Assembly (NCBI GenBank): GCA_000002445.1
Contig: CM000207.1
Span: forward strand, 1,568,001 to 1,632,000
Length of the DNA stretch: 64,000 bases
Source: Trypanosoma brucei
Taxonomy: Eukaryota
Direction: 5' to 3'
Positions 54,322-64,000 of this stretch are shown piece after piece. The notes under the pieces were generated by a model. That model saw only the letters and a program-made list of their open reading frames with translations, did no database searches and had not been told where the DNA came from. How positions within the stretch are numbered: the first letter of the stretch is position 1; each line of letters starts with the position of its first letter. A program made the translations under genes and the position numbers.

Positions 54322-57300
54322 ACACCCAAACACTTACTCAGAAGTCAAACAGACAAAATTAACTGATGTCAGCATCAAATAAATTCAGCTGAAACACGGA
54401 TTTGACAGACTCATCATTGACACAAAACAAGGTAAGAGCAACACCACCAAACAGTTCAGAGCAGGAATAAGAAGGAGGGCGGCATGTACATATGTGTGTG
54501 GGGTAATGTTGGTGTAATGGGGAAAAGGTGAGAAAGTTACCGTACGCCTCGGACGCAGGACGCACGCGGCTGGAATGTTGTGCGGCGCCCCAGAAACTAT
54601 CGTAACACTCGTGCTCAATCCATGTTCGGGTGTGTGTCATAAGACCGTCGTAAGTGGTTTATCGTCATGGGCAAAGTACAAGGTGTATCCGCAGTGACCA
54701 AAGAGACAATGCAGAATCTGGCAAAGAGAAAGGGCGAAAGCCAAGCAATAAGGGTGGTTTCAAATGTAAAACAAGGAAAAAGGGAGGGGAGGGGGGTGAC
54801 AGTAACCACACACATGGTATGATAACGTGCCACGACGAAACCAAACACCATCAGCCGGGGAAAGAAGAATATTCTTTAAATGGGTTATTGTCATTCAAAT
54901 ACACTCAGAGACTCCAGTCCATTGATGTCATCAAGTAGCGCGTTTACGACAGGTTAGGTGTACCGCAAAGCAACTCTCGGAGCGCACCAAGATGGCCTAC
55001 GGCATGCAATCACAAAACGGCCGCTCCATGGCTAAAGCCCCTTTTTCATTTTTGTTGTCCATAAAAACACTGAAGGGAGAAAACAGAGGAAGGAGAAGGT
55101 AACAATATCAAACAAGAGAAGAGTGTGCACTAACCAATAACCTCCGTTATAATTCTCGGACCACGTGAGTGTGCAAACAAGGACACAGAAATGTTAGCCC
55201 AAGACACAACTCCAATGTGGGCCTTCCCCTACGGTTACTGCCCCAACACATAATTGTAATTATAATAATAACCATAATCATAATTATACACCTGACGTCA
55301 AGTGAAAAAAACTCGGCGCGTCAGAAACAATATTAGCGTCACGGGTTCTGTTCAGATGTTGCTGTTAATTTGTTATATTAGGTATTCATCACACGCACCT
55401 ACTCGCCGAACTGCTAACCCCACACGTCAGCTCGGAGCGAAAGATAGAGTTCACAGTTGCATCGACATAGTGTGTTTCCGTTCCGCCTACGCGGTATCGG
55501 AAGCTCTTTCATCAGTGGCGGGGAACGACGGATGGGGGATAAACACTTAACAGAGGGGAAAATGTGCATGAAATAGGTAATACAATAAGAGAAGGGGGAA
55601 GTAAACAGGGAATCACGGAAGTAAGGTTCAGTGCAGGTCTGTGTTATGGTGTCCTCACAGGTTCTCGGTGCAATTTGAACATATTGTACATCGTCACCTA
55701 CTACATTCCCTCTCGACTACCCCGCCACTCACAACATTATACTGCCGCCCACATTAGCCATTCCAAACTCACTGCGGTAATGTATCCTCGTGTGTGCTTG
55801 CGTGTATATGTGTATATATGTGTATGTGTATGGAGTCGCGCCCAAGTGCCCGAGGTTGAGTACCTGAAGGACACGATAGCCATCAGACCCGAAAGGTGAT
55901 TTGTGTTGTATAGATCCCTCATGAATATGACGTCGGAACATGTTTGGACGCTCAACTAGTTTCCATCATCGGCCACACACATACACAAACATACAAGCAC
56001 ACACACACACACACACACTCACATATATATATATATATATACATACACGACAAACCTCCGCACACCCAAACACTTACTCAGAAGTCAAACAGACAAAATT
56101 AACTGATGTCAGCATCAAATAAATTCAGCTGAAACACGGATTTGACAGACTCATCATTGACACAAAACAAGGTAAGAGCAACACCACCAAACAGTTCAGA
56201 GCAGGAATAAGAAGGAGGGCGGCATGTACATATGTGTGTGGGGTAATGTTGGTGTAATGGGGAAAAGGTGAGAAAGTTACCGTACGCCTCGGACGCAGGA
56301 CGCACGCGGCTGGAATGTTGTGCGGCGCCCCAGAAACTATCGTAACACTCGTGCTCAATCCATGTTCGGGTGTGTGTCATAAGACCGTCGTAAGTGGTTT
56401 ATCGTCATGGGCAAAGTACAAGGTGTATCCGCAGTGACCAAAGAGACAATGCAGAATCTGGCAAAGAGAAAGGGCGAAAGCCAAGCAATAAGGGTGGTTT
56501 CAAATGTAAAACAAGGAAAAAGGGAGGGGAGGGGGGTGACAGTAACCACACACATGGTATGATAACGTGCCACGACGAAACCAAACACCATCAGCCGGGG
56601 AAAGAAGAATATTCTTTAAATGGGTTATTGTCATTCAAATACACTCAGAGACTCCAGTCCATTGATGTCATCAAGTAGCGCGTTTACGACAGGTTAGGTG
56701 TACCGCAAAGCAACTCTCGGAGCGCACCAAGATGGCCTACGGCATGCAATCACAAAACGGCCGCTCCATGGCTAAAGCCCCTTTTTCATTTTTGTTGTCC
56801 ATAAAAACACTGAAGGGAGAAAACAGAGGAAGGAGAAGGTAACAATATCAAACAAGAGAAGAGTGTGCACTAACCAATAACCTCCGTTATAATTCTCGGA
56901 CCACGTGAGTGTGCAAACAAGGACACAGAAATGTTAGCCCAAGACACAACTCCAATGTGGGCCTTCCCCTACGGTTACTGCCCCAACACATAATTGTAAT
57001 TATAATAATAACCATAATCATAATTATACACCTGACGTCAAGTGAAAAAAACTCGGCGCGTCAGAAACAATATTAGCGTCACGGGTTCTGTTCAGATGTT
57101 GCTGTTAATTTGTTATATTAGGTATTCATCACACGCACCTACTCGCCGAACTGCTAACCCCACACGTCAGCTCGGAGCGAAAGATAGAGTTCACAGTTGC
57201 ATCGACATAGTGTGTTTCCGTTCCGCCTACGCGGTATCGGAAGCTCTTTCATCAGTGGCGGGGAACGACGGATGGGGGATAAACACTTAACAGAGGGGAA

Positions 57301-60300
57301 AATGTGCATGGAATAGGTAATACAATAAGAGAAGGGGGAAGTAAACAGGGAATCACGGAAGTAAGGTTCAGTGCAGGTCTGTGTTATGGTGTCCTCACAG
57401 GTTCTCGGTGCAATTTGAACATATTGTACATCGTCACCCACTACATTCCCTCTCGACTACCCCGCCACTCACAACATTATACTGCCGCCCACATTAGCCA
57501 TTCCAAACTCACTGCGGTAATGTATCCTCGTGTGTGCTTGCGTGTATATGTGTATATATGTGTATATATGTGTATGTGTATGGAGTCGCGCCCAAGTGCC
57601 CGAGGTTGAGTACCTGAAGGACACGATAGCCATCAGACCCGAAAGGTGATTTGTGTTGTATAGATCCCTCATGAATATGACGTCGGAACATGTTTGGACG
57701 CTCAACTAGTTTCCATCATCGGCCACACACATACACAAACATACAAGCACACACACATACACACACTCACATATATATATATATATATATATACATACAC
57801 GACAAACCTCCGCACACCCAAACACTTACTCAGAAGTCAAACAGACAAAATTAACTGATGTCAGCATCAAATAAATTCAGCTGAAACACGGATTTGACAG
57901 ACTCATCATTGACACAAAACAAGGTAAGAGCAACACCACCAAACAGTTCAGAGCAGGAATAAGAAGGAGGGCGGCATGTACATATGTGTGTGGGGTAATC
58001 TTGGTGTAATGGGGAAAAGGTGAGAAAGTTACCGTACGCCTCGGACGCAGGACGCACGCGGCTGGAATGTTGTGCGGCGCCCCAGAAACTATCGTAACAC
58101 TCGTGCTCAATCCATGTTCGGGTGTGTGTCATAAGACCGTCGTAAGTGGTTTATCGTCATGGGCAAAGTACAAGGTGTATCCGCAGTGACCAAAGAGACA
58201 ATGCAGAATCTGGCAAAGAGAAAGGGCGAAAGCCAAGCAATAAGGGTGGTTTCAAATGTAAAACAAGGAAAAAGGGAGGGGAGGGGGGTGACAGTAACCA
58301 CACACATGGTATGATAACGTGCCACGACGAAACCAAACACCATCAGCCGGGGAAAGAAGAATATTCTTTAAATGGGTTATTGTCATTCAAATACACTCAG
58401 AGACTCCAGTCCATTGATGTCATCAAGTAGCGCGTTTACGACAGGTTAGGTGTACCGCAAAGCAACTCTCGGAGCGCACCAAGATGGCCTACGGCATGCA
58501 ATCACAAAACGGCCGCTCCATGGCTAAAGCCCCTTTTTCATTTTTGTTGTCCATAAAAACACTGAAGGGAGAAAACAGAGGAAGGAGAAGGTAACAATAT
58601 CAAACAAGAGAAGAGTGTGCACTAACCAATAACCTCCGTTATAATTCTCGGACCACGTGAGTGTGCAAACAAGGACACAGAAATGTTAGCCCAAGACACA
58701 ACTCCAATGTGGGCCTTCCCCTACGGTTACTGCCCCAACACATAATTGTAATTATAATAATAACCATAATCATAATTATACACCTGACGTCAAGTGAAAA
58801 AAACTCGGCGCGTCAGAAACAATATTAGCGTCACGGGTTCTGTTCAGATGTTGCTGTTAATTTGTTATATTAGGTATTCATCACACGCACCTACTCGCCG
58901 AACTGCTAACCCCACACGTCAGCTCGGAGCGAAAGATAGAGTTCACAGTTGCATCGACATAGTGTGTTTCCGTTCCGCCTACGCGGTATCGGAAGCTCTT
59001 TCATCAGTGGCGGGGAACGACGGATGGGGGATAAACACTTAACAGAGGGGAAAATGTGCATGGAATAGGTAATACAATAAGAAAAGGGGGAAGTAAACAG
59101 GGAATCACGGAAGTAAGGTTCAGTGCAGGTCTGTGTTATGGTGTCCTCACAGGTTCTCGGTGCAATTTGAACATATTGTACATCGTCACCCACTACATTC
59201 CCTCTCGACTACCCCGCCACTCACAACATTATACTGCCGCCCACATTAGCCATTCCAAACTCACTGCGGTAATGTATCCTCGTGTGTGCTTGCGTGTATA
59301 TGTGTATATATGTGTATGTGTATGGAGTCGCGCCCAAGTGCCCGAGGTTGAGTACCTGAAGGACACGATAGCCATCAGACCCGAAAGGTGATTTGTGTTG
59401 TATAGATCCCTCATGAATATGACGTCGGAACATGTTTGGACGCTCAACTAGTTTCCATCATCGGCCACACACATACACAAACATACAAGCACACACACAC
59501 ACACACACACTCACATATATATATATATATATACATATATATACACGACAAACCTCCGCACACCCAAACACTTACTCAGAAGTCAAACAGACAAAATTAA
59601 CTGATGTCAGCATCAAATAAATTCAGCTGAAACACGGATTTGACAGACTCATCATTGACACAAAACAAGGTAAGAGCAACACCACCAAACAGTTCAGAGC
59701 AGGAATAAGAAGGAGGGCGGCATGTACATATGTGTGTGGGGTAATCTTGGTGTAATGGGGAAAAGGTGAGAAAGTTACCGTACGCCTCGGACGCAGGACG
59801 CACGCGGCTGGAATGTTGTGCGGCGCCCCAGAAACTATCGTAACACTCGTGCTCAATCCATGTTCGGGTGTGTGTCATAAGACCGTCGTAAGTGGTTTAT
59901 CGTCATGGGCAAAGTACAAGGTGTATCCGCAGTGACCAAAGAGACAATGCAGAATCTGGCAAAGAGAAAGGGCGAAAGCCAAGCAATAAGGGTGGTTTCA
60001 AATGTAAAACAAGGAAAAAGGGAGGGGAGGGGGGTGACAGTAACCACACACATGGTATGATAACGTGCCACGACGAAACCAAACACCATCAGCCGGGGAA
60101 AGAAGAATATTCTTTAAATGGGTTATTGTCATTCAAATACACTCAGAGACTCCAGTCCATTGATGTCATCAAGTAGCGCGTTTACGACAGGTTAGGTGTA
60201 CCGCAAAGCAACTCTCGGAGCGCACCAAGATGGCCTACGGCATGCAATCACAAAACGGCCGCTCCATGGCTAAAGCCCCTTTTTCATTTTTGTTGTCCAT

Positions 60301-63300
60301 AAAAACACTGAAGGGAGAAAACAGAGGAAGGAGAAGGTAACAATATCAAACAAGAGAAGAGTGTGCACTAACCAATAACCTCCGTTATAATTCTCGGACC
60401 ACGTGAGTGTGCAAACAAGGACACAGAAATGTTAGCCCAAGACACAACTCCGATGTGGGCCTTCCCCTACGGTTACTGCCCCAACACATAATTGTAATTA
60501 TAATAATAACCATAATCATAATTATACACCTGACGTCAAGTGAAAAAAACTCGGCGCGTCAGAAACAATATTAGCGTCACGGGTTCTGTTCAGATGTTGC
60601 TGTTAATTTGTTATATTAGGTATTCATCACACGCACCTACTCGCCGAACTGCTAACCCCACACGTCAGCTCGGAGCGAAAGATAGAGTTCACAGTTGCAT
60701 CGACATAGTGTGTTTCCGTTCCGCCTACGCGGTATCGGAAGCTCTTTCATCAGTGGCGGGGAACGACGGATGGGGGATAAACACTTAACAGAGGGGAAAA
60801 TGTGCATGGAATAGGTAATACAATAAGAGAAGGGGGAAGTAAACAGGGAATCACGGAAGTAAGGTTCAGTGCAGGTCTGTGTTATGGTGTCCTCACAGGT
60901 TCTCGGTGCAATTTGAACATATTGTACATCGTCACCCACTACATTCCCTCTCGACTACCCCGCCACTCACAACATTATACTGCCGCCCACATTAGCCATT
61001 CCAAACTCACTGCGGTAATGTATCCTCGTGTGTGCTTGCGTGTATATGTGTATATATGTGTATGTGTATGGAGTCGCGCCCAAGTGCCCGAGGTTGAGTA
61101 CCTGAAGGACACGATAGCCATCAGACCCGAAAGGTGATTTGTGTTGTATAGATCCCTCATGAATATGACGTCGGAACATGTTTGGACGCTCAACTAGTTT
61201 CCATCATCGGCCACACACATACACAAACATACAAGCACACACACACACACACACACTCACATATATATATATATATATACATACACGACAAACCTCCGCA
61301 CACCCAAACACTTACTCAGAAGTCAAACAGACAAAATTAACTGATGTCAGCATCAAATAAATTCAGCTGAAACACGGATTTGACAGACTCATCATTGACA
61401 CAAAACAAGGTAAGAGCAACACCACCAAACAGTTCAGAGCAGGAATAAGAAGGAGGGCGGCATGTACATATGTGTGTGGGGTAATCTTGGTGTAATGGGG
61501 AAAAGGTGAGAAAGTTACCGTACGCCTCGGACGCAGGACGCACGCGGCTGGAATGTTGTGCGGCGCCCCAGAAACTATCGTAACACTCGTGCTCAATCCA
61601 TGTTCGGGTGTGTGTCATAAGACCGTCGTAAGTGGTTTATCGTCATGGGCAAAGTACAAGGTGTATCCGCAGTGACCAAAGAGACAATGCAGAATCTGGC
61701 AAAGAGAAAGGGCGAAAGCCAAGCAATAAGGGTGGTTTCAAATGTAAAACAAGGAAAAAGGGAGGGGAGGGGGGTGACAGTAACCACACACATGGTATGA
61801 TAACGTGCCACGACGAAACCAAACACCATCAGCCGGGGAAAGAAGAATATTCTTTAAATGGGTTATTGTCATTCAAATACACTCAGAGACTCCAGTCCAT
61901 TGATGTCATCAAGTAGCGCGTTTACGACAGGTTAGGTGTACCGCAAAGCAACTCTCGGAGCGCACCAAGATGGCCTACGGCATGCAATCACAAAACGGCC
62001 GCTCCATGGCTAAAGCCCCTTTTTCATTTTTGTTGTCCATAAAAACACTGAAGGGAGAAAACAGAGGAAGGAGAAGGTAACAATATCAAACAAGAGAAGA
62101 GTGTGCACTAACCAATAACCTCCGTTATAATTCTCGGACCACGTGAGTGTGCAAACAAGGACACAGAAATGTTAGCCCAAGACACAACTCCAATGTGGGC
62201 CTTCCCCTACGGTTACTGCCCCAACACATAATTGTAATTATAATAATAACCATAATCATAATTATACACCTGACGTCAAGTGAAAAAAACTCGGCGCGTC
62301 AGAAACAATATTAGCGTCACGGGTTCTGTTCAGATGTTGCTGTTAATTTGTTATATTAGGTATTCATCACACGCACCTACTCGCCGAACTGCTAACCCCA
62401 CACGTCAGCTCGGAGCGAAAGATAGAGTTCACAGTTGCATCGACATAGTGTGTTTCCGTTCCGCCTACGCGGTATCGGAAGCTCTTTCATCAGTGGCGGG
62501 GAACGATGGATGGGGGATAAACACTTAACAGAGGGGAAAATGTGCATGGAATAGGTAATACAATAAGAGAAGGGGGAAGTAAACAGGGAATCACGGAAGT
62601 AAGGTTCAGTGCAGGTCTGTGTTATGGTGTCCTCACAGGTTCTCGGTGCAATTTGAACATATTGTACATCGTCACCCACTACATTCCCTCTCGACTACCC
62701 CGCCACTCACAACATTATACTGCCGCCCACATTAGCCATTCCAAACTCACTGCGGTAATGTATCCTCGTGTGTGCTTGCGTGTATATGTGTATATATGTG
62801 TATGTGTATGGAGTCGCGCCCAAGTGCCCGAGGTTGAGTACCTGAAGGACACGATAGCCATCAGACCCGAAAGGTGATTTGTGTTGTATAGATCCCTCAT
62901 GAATATGACGTCGGAACATGTTTGGACGCTCAACTAGTTTCCATCATCGGCCACACACATACACAAACATACAAGCACACACACACACACACACTCACAT
63001 ATATATATATATATATATACATACACGACAAACCTCCGCACACCCAAACACTTACTCAGAAGTCAAACAGACAAAATTAACTGATGTCAGCATCAAATAA
63101 ATTCAGCTGAAACACGGATTTGACAGACTCATCATTGACACAAAACAAGGTAAGAGCAACACCACCAAACAGTTCAGAGCAGGAATAAGAAGGAGGGCGG
63201 CATGTACATATGTGTGTGGGGTAATGTTGGTGTAATGGGGAAAAGGTGAGAAAGTTACCGTACGCCTCGGACGCAGGACGCACGCGGCTGGAATGTTGTG

Positions 63301-64000
63301 CGGCGCCCCAGAAACTATCGTAACACTCGTGCTCAATCCATGTTCGGGTGTGTGTCATAAGACCGTCGTAAGTGGTTTATCGTCATGGGCAAAGTACAAG
63401 GTGTATCCGCAGTGACCAAAGAGACAATGCAGAATCTGGCAAAGAGAAAGGGCGAAAGCCAAGCAATAAGGGTGGTTTCAAATGTAAAACAAGGAAAAAG
63501 GGAGGGGAGGGGGGTGACAGTAACCACACACATGGTATGATAACGTGCCACGACGAAACCAAACACCATCAGCCGGGGAAAGAAGAATATTCTTTAAATG
63601 GGTTATTGTCATTCAAATACACTCAGAGACTCCAGTCCATTGATGTCATCAAGTAGCGCGTTTACGACAGGTTAGGTGTACCGCAAAGCAACTCTCGGAG
63701 CGCACCAAGATGGCCTACGGCATGCAATCACAAAACGGCCGCTCCATGGCTAAAGCCCCTTTTTCATTTTTGTTGTCCATAAAAACACTGAAGGGAGAAA
63801 ACAGAGGAAGGAGAAGGTAACAATATCAAACAAGAGAAGAGTGTGCACAAACCAATAACCTCCGTTATAATTCTCGGACCACGTGAGTGTGCAAACAAGG
63901 ACACAGAAATGTTAGCCCAAGACACAACTCCAATGTGGGCCTTCCCCTACGGTTACTGCCCCAACACATAATTGTAATTATAATAATAACCATAATCATA
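54322..64000. repeat. Head-to-tail tandem array of a ~1.74 kb unit (5 full copies + 1 partial, truncated by the window edge)
   Basis: Unit boundaries 54322, 56062, 57814, 59560, 61300, 63040, giving unit lengths 1740/1752/1746/1740/1740. About 99.5% identity. Length differences map to internal (TGTATATA)n and (CA)n(TA)n microsatellites. The identical short ORFs in the six-frame track recur at these offsets. Confidence 0.95.
55999..56040. repeat. Compound (CA)n(TA)n microsatellite inside each 1.74 kb unit (recurs in every copy, length-variable)
   Basis: acacacacacacacacacactcacatatatatatatatatat. Copies near 57746-57797, 59480-59536, 61236-61279 and 62976-63019 differ in repeat number. Confidence 0.9.

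Noticed and set aside
55315-55385. Spliced-leader RNA gene similarity in the repeat unit
   Set aside because: The stretch cagaaacaatattagcg superficially resembles the reverse complement of the trypanosome SL exon (CAGAAACTGTTCTAATAATAGCG). The match is short and gapped, and the conserved SL intron and Sm-site sequences are absent. Also, SL arrays have ~1.35 kb units with different content.
54359-63656. Recurring 60-111 aa ORFs on both strands of each 1.74 kb repeat unit as a possible multicopy protein family
   Set aside because: The ORFs are mutually overlapping on opposite strands, low-complexity (e.g. GEGGDSNHTHG, HTHTHIYTY from microsatellite), lack any recognisable motif, and several begin with non-ATG codons. 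Small-RNA content explains the unit better.
54322-64000. Centromeric satellite interpretation of the tandem array
   Set aside because: The unit is long (1.74 kb), about 45% GC and complex, whereas the centromeric repeats described for African trypanosomes are short AT-rich units in far larger arrays. It sits directly adjacent to housekeeping genes. It cannot be fully excluded from one window edge.
1-64000. Prokaryotic features (CRISPR arrays, operons, terminators, IS elements)
   Set aside because: Gene content (POLE, SAS-6, ESCRT-III, FYVE, SAC1), the kb-scale low-complexity spacers and the unidirectional 20-gene cluster indicate a eukaryotic (kinetoplastid-like) nuclear chromosome. No repeat-spacer architecture or transposase ORF is present.

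Overview
This looks like a trypanosomatid (African-trypanosome-like) chromosomal core segment. That attribution is inferred from gene content and architecture and was not searched. All convincing protein-coding genes (about 20, all intronless) lie on the minus strand, so the window reads as one unidirectional polycistronic transcription unit transcribed right to left. Intergenic spacers of 0.5-3 kb are low-complexity, with poly-purine runs on the plus strand (poly-pyrimidine on the minus strand) and (TA)n/(CA)n/(TC)n microsatellites.

Genes I can recognise from the translations:
- mitochondrial phosphate carrier
- APC-family permease
- ESCRT-III CHMP1/Vps46
- MIP18/FAM96 (CIA2)
- a Nopp140-like nucleolar protein (LisH + acidic/basic repeats + RGG domain), built from perfect DNA-level tandem repeats
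- DNA polymerase epsilon catalytic subunit (2.2k aa)
- PGAP1-like GPI inositol-deacylase
- PIH1/Kintoun-like protein
- HAD-IIA (CECR5-like) hydrolase
- SAS-6
- a FYVE zinc-finger protein
- COQ3 O-methyltransferase
- SAC1-like phosphoinositide phosphatase
- several hypothetical proteins

The most unusual element is at the right end, 54322 to the window edge. It is a head-to-tail array of at least 5.5 copies of a ~1.74 kb unit at about 99.5% identity, with internal compound microsatellites whose length differs between copies. The unit has no credible protein-coding content, but its minus strand (same sense as the flanking transcription unit) carries several canonical C/D-box snoRNA-like arrangements. 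I therefore propose it is a tandemly reiterated snoRNA gene cluster, which needs covariance-model or RNA-seq confirmation.

The supplied ORF track allows GTG/TTG starts and runs through 5' UTRs. Where that happened I trimmed CDS starts to the first plausible ATG.
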